Virus record (IMG/VR): IMGVR_UViG_2778261570_000020
Strand: one strand, 5' to 3'
DNA: 6,008 bases
From: a virus
Taxonomy: Duplodnaviria; Heunggongvirae; Uroviricota; Caudoviricetes
A program made the position numbers and the translations under genes. Positions 1-5,824 of the stretch are shown piece by piece. Position 1 is the stretch's first letter, and each line of letters opens with the position of its first letter. A model generated the notes under the pieces. That model saw only the letters and a list, made by a program, of their open reading frames with translations. It made no database searches and was not told the DNA's origin.

Positions 1-1
1 C

Positions 2-127
2 TGGCCTCTGTACGAGAAAATCGCGCAGGCATTTAAGCAGGCTGCCGCAGAGCTGAATACCCCCATCGAATGGGGCGGTGAGTGGCGGTCGTTAAAGGAC
101 GGGCCTCACTTTCAGCTGAAACGATAA
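2..127 (+). CDS. 3' end of a CDS truncated by the window start; possible peptidase M15-type phage endolysin (L-alanyl-D-glutamate peptidase-like)
   Basis: Open frame from position 2 to TAA at 125-127, translating ...WPLYEKIAQAFKQAAAELNTPIEWGGEWRSLKDGPHFQLKR. The C-terminal W-x-D-G-x-H-[FV]-[QE]-L pattern resembles the C-terminus of M15-family phage endolysins (e.g. the T5 endolysin ends ...YDGGHVELV). Position upstream of small membrane ORFs and a cos/terminase block fits a lysis gene. Only 41 residues are visible. Confidence 0.4.
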   Translation, partial: WPLYEKIAQAFKQAAAELNTPIEWGGEWRSLKDGPHFQLKR

Positions 128-134
128 ATAAGGC

Positions 135-172
135 AAAGCCCCGGTTGTTGGAGCAATCGGGGCTTTGTGTTT
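135..172 (+). terminator. Hairpin/terminator-like structure downstream of the first CDS
   Basis: AAAGCCCCG (135-143) is the exact reverse complement of CGGGGCTTT (158-166); the stem can extend inward to about 13 bp with one G-U, followed by GTGTTTA. The T-tract is interrupted, so terminator efficiency is uncertain. Confidence 0.45.
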
Positions 173-208
173 ATGGATTCATTTTGTGAATGCGCATGGG
201 GATCATTC

Positions 209-406
209 ATGCCAGTAAAGCCTAACACGACGAAAGATAAATTTGGAGATGATCTGATGATAAAAGCAGAAACCACCCCGCAGGGGGCTGATGATGCCGC
301 AAAAATCATCGCGGTATGCCGGGGCATCAGACACATACTAACGCCAGTTGCATGGATTATTTGTACCGCACTGGTTGCATACACAACAATTTATTTAAAC
401 AGATGA
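209..406 (+). CDS. Hypothetical small protein (65 aa) with a C-terminal hydrophobic segment
   Basis: ATG at 209 preceded by GGGGA; translation MPVKPNTTKDKFGDD...LTPVAWIICTALVAYTTIYLNR ends in a likely transmembrane helix. Its stop overlaps the next start in an ATGA unit (ATG 403-405 / TGA 404-406), suggesting translational coupling. No recognisable family. Confidence 0.3.
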   Translation: MPVKPNTTKDKFGDDLMIKAETTPQGADDAAKIIAVCRGIRHILTPVAWIICTALVAYTTIYLNR

Positions 407-519
407 GTGCTGATTTTATTCGGGCGGTGGCTTTTGCCATTAAGTGGGTGGCGGTTGGCATTGCCGTGTCTCCGATACTGTATGGGCTGGCAAAATTGAT
501 TGTTGCTCTGAAATCGTGA
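403..519 (+). CDS. Hypothetical 38-aa hydrophobic single-pass membrane peptide
   Basis: MSADFIRAVAFAIKWVAVGIAVSPILYGLAKLIVALKS is almost entirely one predicted TM helix. Start overlaps the upstream stop (ATGA) and its own stop TGA 517-519 overlaps a GTG at 516-518 in the next frame. No strong RBS, so confidence is low. Confidence 0.25.
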   Translation: MSADFIRAVAFAIKWVAVGIAVSPILYGLAKLIVALKS

Positions 520-527
520 GTGGTGAT

Positions 528-710
528 ATGACGCGAAAACACTGGACACACAGAATGCCGCGAACGGCGGCGAAATGGGCACTGGTAGCGATACTGGTGC
601 CTTTTTTCCTGGTGGGATGCGTCAGTCTGGATAAGGCGCGCCAGCTTTTCGATACGGCTTCTCAGGTCTGCGAAATTGTCGACGGTGTTCGACAGTGTCT
701 GCAGAGCTGA
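528..710 (+). CDS. Putative small lipoprotein (about 60 aa precursor; alternative GTG start at 516)
   Basis: Translation MTRKHWTHRMPRTAAKWALVAILVPFFLVGCVSLDKARQLFDTASQVCEIVDGVRQCLQS: basic n-region, hydrophobic h-region and an L-V-G-C lipobox, leaving a roughly 30-residue mature peptide with three Cys. Third member of the coupled trio downstream of the endolysin-like gene. Confidence 0.4.
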   Translation: MTRKHWTHRMPRTAAKWALVAILVPFFLVGCVSLDKARQLFDTASQVCEIVDGVRQCLQS

Positions 711-722
711 ACGCCCGTAAGA

Positions 723-780
723 GCAGAATATTTCGCTGAAAAATGAAGGGTGCGCCAGCGTCCGGAAAGCATGAAATTCT
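723..780. repeat. Copy 1 of a ~58-bp imperfect direct repeat (perfect 20-bp core CGTCCGGAAAGCATGAAATT at 759-778)
   Basis: The 20-mer at 759-778 recurs exactly at 5876-5895. Flanking sequence is also similar: GCTGAAAAATGA (735-746) versus GCTAAAAAATGA (5852-5863), and GCCAG before the core with a 1-nt indel. Confidence 0.7.
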
Positions 781-883
781 GCTGTGTGTGTCAATTTGTC
801 TTATACATTCTGAATTTTGCCTAATCAGGATGAACTTTGAACAACAGCCCGGGCGGCAAGGGGCATTTTTATCCGGAGGGGAT

Positions 884-1108
884 ATGAAGAGATTACTGGT
901 AACCGTAAAGCCCTTTAACGGAACGATTCCATTCAGGGTTTTGCAGCGTGGACGTGTTCTGGTTAAGGATATCTTCAGTGGTAAATGCACGGAGTGTTAT
1001 TCCCGGACATATGAAGTGGATGCCACGGATGAAGAAATTTCTGTTGAATGTGATCTGAACGCAAATATGGTGGGGATTGTAACGGCCACGTTGTTGCCTG
1101 TTTCATGA
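884..1108 (+). CDS. Hypothetical protein (74 aa)
   Basis: ATG at 884 preceded by the Shine-Dalgarno-like GGAGGGG with correct spacing; the 12-mer GGAGGGGATATG is identical to the initiation region of the small terminase gene at 2026-2039. Translation MKRLLVTVKPFNGTIPFRVLQRGRVLVKDIFSGKCTECYSRTYEVDATDEEISVECDLNANMVGIVTATLLPVS. The ORF track extends this frame upstream to 743, but that N-terminal extension lacks an RBS and has odd composition. Confidence 0.5.
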   Translation: MKRLLVTVKPFNGTIPFRVLQRGRVLVKDIFSGKCTECYSRTYEVDATDEEISVECDLNANMVGIVTATLLPVS

Positions 1109-1148
1109 ATGACATAGAATGTCTCTGGGTACCCAAAAGGAGAACACT

Positions 1149-1364
1149 ATGTTTGTAGAAAATAACCTGAAGGCTGATCCTGATAATCAGGGATGGGTTC
1201 TTGGTTGGGCTGTAGTACGTGACAAACCCTGGCATCTGGTCGGCATTTATGCAACGGAGGATGGCGCAAAGTCTAAACGCTCTGAATTGAATGGGGAGTA
1301 TGAAGTTCATTATGGTTCCCATCGTTTAGGTAGTGATGATTTTATGTCTGTCGGACTTAGCTAA
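1149..1364 (+). CDS. Hypothetical protein (71 aa)
   Basis: ATG at 1149 preceded by AAGGAG with good spacing; translation MFVENNLKADPDNQGWVLGWAVVRDKPWHLVGIYATEDGAKSKRSELNGEYEVHYGSHRLGSDDFMSVGLS. Followed by a strong intrinsic terminator. Confidence 0.55.
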   Translation: MFVENNLKADPDNQGWVLGWAVVRDKPWHLVGIYATEDGAKSKRSELNGEYEVHYGSHRLGSDDFMSVGLS

Positions 1365-1386
1365 CTGGCTGTGATGCCTGTTTGTA

Positions 1387-1410
1387 GCCCCGCAAATGCG
1401 GGGCTTTTTT
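1387..1410 (+). terminator. Rho-independent terminator
   Basis: GCCCCGC (1387-1393), loop AAAT, GCGGGGC (1398-1404), then TTTTTT (1405-1410): a perfect 7-bp GC-rich stem plus a T-tract. Confidence 0.7.
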
Positions 1411-1420
1411 ATATCTGGAG

Positions 1421-1723
1421 ATGATGATGGAAAAAACAGAAAACAAACCGGTTGCAATTGGTGCTGTGGCTGTTCCGTTTAAGTTTGAACTGTCACAACT
1501 GGTGGAGATGCGCATCAGTGATGAATGGGGTGAGGTTAAAGCCCGCGCGCAGTATGCGTATGGCGAAAACCAGTACCTGATCCACTACAAAGCAGCTGAT
1601 GGTCGCGCCACGACGGAGTGGTTTGGTGAGTCAATGCTGGAAGCAACAGAAGATGATCGTCATCCTGGTTGTCCGGTATTTGCCTGCATGAAATTACCGG
1701 AAGGCGCAGTCGTTACTGAGTAA
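1421..1723 (+). CDS. Hypothetical protein (about 98-100 aa; start at one of the tandem ATGs 1421/1424/1427)
   Basis: GGAG at 1417-1420 followed by three consecutive ATG codons; translation MMMEKTENKPVAIGAVAVPFKFELSQLVEMRISDEWGEVKARAQYAYGENQYLIHYKAADGRATTEWFGESMLEATEDDRHPGCPVFACMKLPEGAVVTE, stop TAA 1721-1723. Acidic and soluble-looking; no recognisable family. Confidence 0.55.
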   Translation: MMMEKTENKPVAIGAVAVPFKFELSQLVEMRISDEWGEVKARAQYAYGENQYLIHYKAADGRATTEWFGESMLEATEDDRHPGCPVFACMKLPEGAVVTE

Positions 1724-2036
1724 CAGGCATTACAGCAGCCCTTCAGTGTGAGGGGCTGCGATAATGCAGGTGTTAGAGTGTGTGCAAATGATAATTGCTC
1801 CCATTTTCACGGGTCCTCCCGGTGGGGTACCCTTGCCACGGGGCGGGAGCGGCGCGGAAAAAGGCTAGTTTTTGCATTTTCATTCATCATCATCATCTTT
1901 TCAATGCATTGAATTTAAACGAATTTTATTTTTAGTATGTTAATTTTGCGTGTTTTTTGGTCAACATATAACGCACTTTATAACGCTTTTTGAAAAGGTG
2001 TTCGCAAGATGCATGTTTAAAACGTCAGGAGGGGAT
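1724..2036. other. Putative cos / packaging-initiation region upstream of the small terminase gene
   Basis: A 313-bp non-coding interval immediately 5' of a Nu1-like terS. It contains a G-rich tract CGGGGCGGGAGCGGCGCGG (1839-1857) that resembles but is not identical to the lambda cohesive end GGGCGGCGACCT, then an AT-rich stretch with CAT repeats (1881-1896) and a perfect 14-bp palindrome TTCAATGCATTGAA (1900-1913). The roughly 190-bp spacing from the G-rich tract to the terS ATG matches the lambda cosN-to-Nu1 layout. Confidence 0.35.
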
Positions 2037-2528
2037 ATGGATCGTGAGTTGAAAAATCTGATGCTGAACATTAACCAACTGGCGGCAATAGCAGGTATAT
2101 GTCGTCAGACTGCGGCGGCAAGACTGCAAAACATCCAGCCCGCCGGAGGACATGACAAGTTAAAGCTCTACCGGGTGGCAGATATTGTGTCGGCATTTCT
2201 GGCATTACCACCGCCGGTTGCAGAAGGCGAAATGGACGCGCATGAGCGCAAAGCCTGGTATCAGTCTGAACGTGAGCGTCTTAAGTTCGAACAGGAAACG
2301 GCACAACTCATTCCGGCCAGTGATGTCAGACGGGAGTTTGCCATCTGGGCAAAAGCGGTCGTGCAGGTGCTGGAGACATTACCGGATATTCTTGAACGTG
2401 ACTGCGGTCTGCAGCCTGCCGCTGTGAGCCGTGTTCAGTCCATTATTGATGATCTGCGCGATCAGATAGCCCTGCGGGTGACTGAAGCAGGTGCGGATGA
2501 TGAGGAGGAATTACAGCAGGAGGAGTAA
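2037..2528 (+). CDS. Terminase small subunit, Nu1-like (164 aa)
   Basis: ATG at 2037 with a strong AGGAGGGG RBS. The N-terminus MDRELKNLMLNINQLAAIAGICRQTAAARL...KLYRVADIVSAF parallels the lambda Nu1 helix-turn-helix region (KKQLADIFGASIRTIQNW...VLYDSAAVIKWY), with an acidic C-terminus. Stop TAA 2526-2528 overlaps the ATG of the large-subunit gene (TAATG). The longer track ORF from 1950 would run through the cos-like region and is not preferred. Confidence 0.75.
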   Translation: MDRELKNLMLNINQLAAIAGICRQTAAARLQNIQPAGGHDKLKLYRVADIVSAFLALPPPVAEGEMDAHERKAWYQSERERLKFEQETAQLIPASDVRREFAIWAKAVVQVLETLPDILERDCGLQPAAVSRVQSIIDDLRDQIALRVTEAGADDEEELQQEE

Positions 2529-3523
2529 TGCTGAATCAGGAAACCGCAAAGGCAGCACGAACCGATTCAGGTTATATCCTTCGCGCACCGAGACGAATGC
2601 GGGTTGCTGATGCCGTTGCTCAGTATATGCGGGTGCCTATGGGGGCAGGGAACTCAGTCCCGTGGGATCCGCTGGTGGCACCGTATGTTATTGAGCCTAT
2701 GAACTGCCTGGCCTCGCGTGAATACGACGCAGTGATATTTGTTGGCCCGGCACGAACCGGCAAGACTATCGGCCTGATTGACGGCTGGGTGATTTACAAC
2801 GTGATTTGCGATCCTGCTGATATGCTGATCATTCAGATGACGGAGGAAAAAGCCCGCGAACACTCCAAAAAACGACTCGCCAGAACGTTTCGCGTCAGCC
2901 CGGAAGTGGTCAGTCGCCTGAGTCCGAACAAAAATGACAACAACGTTTATGACAGAACATTCCTTGCCGGCAATTACCTGAAAATCGGCTGGCCGTCAGT
3001 CAATATCATGTCCTCATCAGATTATAAATGTGTGGCGCTGACGGATTATGACCGTTTTCCGGAAGATATTGATGGTGAGGGGGATGCCTTCTCTCTTGCT
3101 TCAAAACGAACCACCACATTTATGTCCAGCGGTATGACGCTGGTGGAAAGTTCACCCGGCAGGGATGTGAAAGATGTGAAATGGCGACGGACTTCACCGC
3201 ATGAGGCTCCGCCAACCACGGGGATCCTGTCACTCTATAACCGTGGCGATCGTCGTCGCTGGTACTGGCCCTGCCCACACTGTGGTGAGTATTTTCAGCC
3301 CTGTGGCGATGTGGTTGCTGGTTTTCGTGATATTGCCGATCCCGTGCTGGCAAGTGAGGCAGCTTATATTCAGTGCCCTTCCTGTTCCGGGCGAATTATG
3401 CCTGACCAGAAACGCGAGCTGAACGGACGTGGGGTCTGGTTGCGGGATGGTGAATCCATCAATGCAGACGGCAGTCGTTATGGTGAGCCCCGGCGCTCAC
3501 GTATTGCGTCATTCTGGATGTAG
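2528..3523 (+). CDS. Terminase large subunit, GpA-like, N-terminal half only (331 aa; C-terminally truncated, likely remnant/pseudogene)
   Basis: Walker A-type motif VGPARTGKT and cysteine motifs WPCPHCGEYFQPCGD and CPSCSG that parallel lambda gpA (ACPHCGEEQYLKFGD, then GIWTRDG versus GVWLRDG here). Lambda gpA is about 640 aa; this frame stops at ...RIASFWM where gpA continues (...VTFHIWTAYSPF...), and no continuation is visible in any frame downstream. Confidence 0.8.
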   Translation: MLNQETAKAARTDSGYILRAPRRMRVADAVAQYMRVPMGAGNSVPWDPLVAPYVIEPMNCLASREYDAVIFVGPARTGKTIGLIDGWVIYNVICDPADMLIIQMTEEKAREHSKKRLARTFRVSPEVVSRLSPNKNDNNVYDRTFLAGNYLKIGWPSVNIMSSSDYKCVALTDYDRFPEDIDGEGDAFSLASKRTTTFMSSGMTLVESSPGRDVKDVKWRRTSPHEAPPTTGILSLYNRGDRRRWYWPCPHCGEYFQPCGDVVAGFRDIADPVLASEAAYIQCPSCSGRIMPDQKRELNGRGVWLRDGESINADGSRYGEPRRSRIASFWM

Positions 3524-3609
3524 GGTACATTTCTTACCTGTTTTTATGTTCTGGTGTCGTTTTGTAGTCTTTTCAATGAGTTGTGATTTTTTGTGTTTCC
3601 TCTCTTTAC

Positions 3610-3639
3610 TTGATAATGAGTTAGTTTATCGCTTGTTAT
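3610..3639 (+). promoter_or_regulatory. Possible sigma70-like promoter and direct repeats upstream of the integrase gene
   Basis: TTGATA (3610-3615), 18 bp, TGTTAT (3634-3639) in an AT-rich spacer; TTATCG is directly repeated at 3626-3631 and 3636-3641. Purely motif-based. Confidence 0.2.
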
Positions 3640-3684
3640 CGACTTGAAAGGACTACATGACGGACTAAAAAATGAGGGCGATAG

Positions 3685-4923
3685 ATGCCGGTAAAGCCAT
3701 TAACCGTGACTGAAGTTAAGGGGATGAAACCACGTGAAAAGGACTATGCCGTTTATGATGGGTTCGGTTTATTGCTGAATGTGAGTAAAGCTGGTGGGAA
3801 AGTGTGGCGTTTCCGTTATAGCCATCCGATAACGAAGAAACGGCAGACATACACGATAGGGCGTTTTCCTGAATTCTCACTCGCGGAAGCACGGGAAATA
3901 CGTGATGAACTTCGGCGAATGATTGCACGTGGAGTTGATCCAGTGACAGAGAAGAAAAATCGTAAAATTGAGATGTCACTAAAAAATCTACAAACATTTG
4001 AAGCTGTTGCTAATGCATGGATCGCTTTTAAAAAGGGATCGGAATTGCGGAAACCTACGCTGTATAATATCGAATATGAAGTATACAAATATCTTGTTCC
4101 TTTCTTTGGTAAGTACAGCATAGAGAAAATTACAGCGCCAGTAGCTATTAATGCTCTGGATGCCGTATCCGATAAGAATGCGTTGCAAAAAAAATTAATA
4201 TCAAGATTAAATGAAATTATGAATTACGCTGTAAATTGTGGAGCATTGAAAACGAATCCATTACTTAAGATAAAAACTGCATTCACAGGAAAGAAAAATA
4301 AATCATTAGCTGCACTACCTGTTGAAAGATTGCCTGAATTTCTGAGTTGGTGGGATAGTGTGCCTCATAAGTATCAAATAGCTCACAATGCACTTTTATT
4401 CCAGATATTGACAATGGTCAGGCCAGGTGAGGCGATTAAAGCAGAGTGGTCCGAGATTGATTTTGATTCTGGCTTGTGGATTATCCCTGCGCATAAAATG
4501 AAATGCCATCGTGAACATGTTGTGCCTCTCTCATCACAGGCTATTAGAATCCTAAGAACAATGCAGAAAATAAAAAGAGGGCGTTATATATTTTTTTCCT
4601 CCAGAACAAAAGATGCTCCTATGGGAAAGAATACTATCAATACCCCAATTGCTGCCAGCAAGTTCAAAGGGATTGTAACGTTACACGGTTTTCGTTCGAT
4701 GTGGAGTACGCTTTTAAATGAGGAGGGTTTTAACCCTGATGTTATTGAGGCTGCATTAGCACATAAAAGTGGTGATAAAATAAGAGATATTTATAATAGA
4801 ACTACTTATTTAGAACAACGCAAAATTATGATGCAATGGGTAGGAGATTTTTTTGATGAGGCGAGAAAAGGGGTAATTAATAGATCCGGTGGTAAGAAAG
4901 GTTTGAGAATAGTAAATGGTTGA
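3685..4923 (+). CDS. int: Tyrosine site-specific integrase, P4-type (412 aa)
   Basis: N-terminal arm-binding-type domain (MPVKPLTVTEVKGMKPREKDYAVYDGFGLLLNVSKAGGKVWRFRYSHP..., characteristic of P4-like integrases). Catalytic motifs are present: RPGE box (MVRPGEAIKAEW), HGFRSMWST (H-x-x-R) and the C-terminal tyrosine region AHKSGDKIRDIYNRTTY. RBS GAGGG upstream of ATG 3685. Gene is AT-rich relative to the terminase block. Confidence 0.9.
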   Translation: MPVKPLTVTEVKGMKPREKDYAVYDGFGLLLNVSKAGGKVWRFRYSHPITKKRQTYTIGRFPEFSLAEAREIRDELRRMIARGVDPVTEKKNRKIEMSLKNLQTFEAVANAWIAFKKGSELRKPTLYNIEYEVYKYLVPFFGKYSIEKITAPVAINALDAVSDKNALQKKLISRLNEIMNYAVNCGALKTNPLLKIKTAFTGKKNKSLAALPVERLPEFLSWWDSVPHKYQIAHNALLFQILTMVRPGEAIKAEWSEIDFDSGLWIIPAHKMKCHREHVVPLSSQAIRILRTMQKIKRGRYIFFSSRTKDAPMGKNTINTPIAASKFKGIVTLHGFRSMWSTLLNEEGFNPDVIEAALAHKSGDKIRDIYNRTTYLEQRKIMMQWVGDFFDEARKGVINRSGGKKGLRIVNG

Positions 4924-4935
4924 GGAGTTCAGCAA

Positions 4936-5139
4936 ATGAATACCAATGAAGATATTTTATTTACTAAAGACGTAATGAAAATTTTGCGCTATGGGGCAAT
5001 GAGCGCATTCATCAATTTCTGGAAAGATGAAAATAATGGTTTTCCTCAACCGTTCAGAATTGGGCGGCGGCATACCTGGCACCGTAGAGATGTAGAGGCA
5101 TGGTTAGATAAACAACGAGAACAGGCCAATCCCCACTAA
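4936..5139 (+). CDS. alpA: AlpA-family (excisionase-like) DNA-binding regulator (67 aa)
   Basis: Small protein immediately 3' of the integrase (13-bp gap, RBS GAGGAG). The pattern ...KDVMKILRYGAMSAFINFWKDENNGFPQPFRIGRRHTWHRRDVEAWLDKQ matches the AlpA / prophage CP4-57 regulatory protein architecture (HTH, then a conserved FP-x-P-hydrophobic-x-G motif, then W-x3-[DE]-x2-[EA]-W). Confidence 0.7.
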   Translation: MNTNEDILFTKDVMKILRYGAMSAFINFWKDENNGFPQPFRIGRRHTWHRRDVEAWLDKQREQANPH

Positions 5140-5153
5140 TAATATCTTTCATA

Positions 5154-5178
5154 CCCCGCACGCAATGCGGGGTTTTTT
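5154..5178 (+). terminator. Rho-independent terminator
   Basis: CCCCGCA (5154-5160), loop CGCAA, TGCGGGG (5166-5172), then TTTTTT (5173-5178). Confidence 0.75.
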
Positions 5179-5197
5179 GTATGTGAGGTAAAAAACG

Positions 5198-5779
5198 ATG
5201 AATAAAAATATTGCCGTGACGGGCAAGGGGTACGCTCGTTCAGTAAAAAAATTCTGCGATATTCGTGATCTTGTCGTTCTGCGCTTTGATGGCGTGGATG
5301 TTCGTGTGGTGTATCTGAACGGCGATCCGTGGTTTGTTGCAAAGGATGTTTGTGAAGCTCTGGAAATAAGCAACTCACGCGATGCTCTAAAAGCTCTGGA
5401 TGTGGATGAGAAGAATACCGTCGCTTTAAGCTACGGTATTCGCGGAAATCCAAATCATAGCGTCGTTTCTGAATCTGGTTTTTACAAGCTGATCGCCAGA
5501 AGTCGCAAAGCTGTTACTCCTGGCACGTTCGCCCATCGTTTCAGTAATTGGGTATTCAGAAATGTGATACCGGGTATCAGAAAAACGGGGGCTTATGGTA
5601 TCCCGTGGGGCGCATTGCAGGATTTTTCCCGCCGCAAAGAGCAATACCGGATAAGTGCCAGCGAGAAGGGGAGGGCGCTACAGGCATGTAAGCGCAAAAA
5701 GCGTGAACTGGAGGAAGAAGAAAAAAGGCTGATACGTGAATATCAGCCTGAGTTTTACTTTGGTGAGCGTATTCAGTAA
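5198..5779 (+). CDS. Bro-N domain protein (phage antirepressor-like; 193 aa)
   Basis: RBS TGAGGT 8 nt upstream of ATG 5198. Conserved Bro-N signature blocks: VVLRFDGVDVRVVYLNGDPWFVAKDVCEAL...SRDALKALDVDEK, then SESGFYKLIARSRKA...FAHRFSNWVFRNVIPGIRKTGAYG. C-terminal 50 residues are highly charged (KRKKRELEEEEKRLIRE). Confidence 0.8.
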   Translation: MNKNIAVTGKGYARSVKKFCDIRDLVVLRFDGVDVRVVYLNGDPWFVAKDVCEALEISNSRDALKALDVDEKNTVALSYGIRGNPNHSVVSESGFYKLIARSRKAVTPGTFAHRFSNWVFRNVIPGIRKTGAYGIPWGALQDFSRRKEQYRISASEKGRALQACKRKKRELEEEEKRLIREYQPEFYFGERIQ

Positions 5780-5824
5780 CCGCGTACGGTGCTGATTATA
5801 CGGTACATCGTGTTAACCGGGAAG

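Noticed and set aside
209-223. Shared N-terminal pentapeptide MPVKP between the 209 ORF and the integrase
   Set aside because: Identity does not extend beyond five residues or at the nucleotide level beyond a few codons; most likely coincidence.
743-883. N-terminal extension of the 74-aa ORF back to ATG 743 (121-aa track ORF)
   Set aside because: The upstream part has unusual Cys/Ile-rich composition and no RBS; the strong RBS sits at 884. The ATG at 743 is nevertheless part of the direct repeat and is reported under findings.
112-990. Minus-strand ORFs 112-384, 357-794, 391-582 and 622-990
   Set aside because: They overlap the coupled + strand mini-ORFs and the repeat region, lack start context, and show off-frame composition. 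Not excluded with certainty, since the + strand calls here are themselves only moderate confidence.
1839-1857. Calling the G-rich tract a bona fide lambda cosN
   Set aside because: The sequence is similar in character but not identical to lambda GGGCGGCGACCT, so it is reported only as cos-like.
1950-2036. N-terminal extension of the terS ORF from ATG 1950 (MFFGQHITHFITLFEKVFARCMFKTSGG...)
   Set aside because: It has no RBS, runs through the AT-rich cos-like region and has low-complexity composition; the ATG at 2037 has a strong AGGAGGGG RBS and begins the Nu1-like helix-turn-helix.
2185-2427. 80-aa + strand ORF in an alternative frame inside terS
   Set aside because: Fully embedded in the better-supported terS frame, Arg/Ser/His-rich composition typical of an off-frame translation.
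2654-3422. ORFs 2654-2863 (-), 3120-3353 (-) and 3201-3422 (+) inside terL
   Set aside because: Embedded in or antisense to the terL frame, which carries clear GpA-family motifs.
3429-3647. 72-aa + strand ORF spanning the terL end and the int-proximal spacer
   Set aside because: Overlaps the terL frame, continues into AT-rich intergenic DNA, has Cys/Phe-rich nonsense-like composition and no RBS.
3524-3684. A tRNA or tmRNA gene as integration target next to the integrase
   Set aside because: No tRNA-like T-arm/acceptor signature (GGTTCGAATCC-type) is visible in this spacer or elsewhere in the window; the integrase instead abuts the truncated terL.
3716-4188. Three minus-strand ORFs (3716-3997, 3816-4121, 3988-4188) inside the integrase gene
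   Set aside because: Antisense to a strongly supported integrase CDS; products are low-complexity and AT-codon driven.
1387-5178. Similarity between the two terminators (both built on CCCCGCA / TGCGGGG stems)
   Set aside because: Short GC-rich stems of this kind recur by chance in intrinsic terminators; not evidence of duplication.
5136-5644. Minus-strand ORFs (5136-5453, 5149-5373, 5426-5644) opposite alpA/Bro-N
   Set aside because: Antisense to the well-supported Bro-N CDS and crossing a + strand terminator; Arg/His/Ser-rich off-frame composition.
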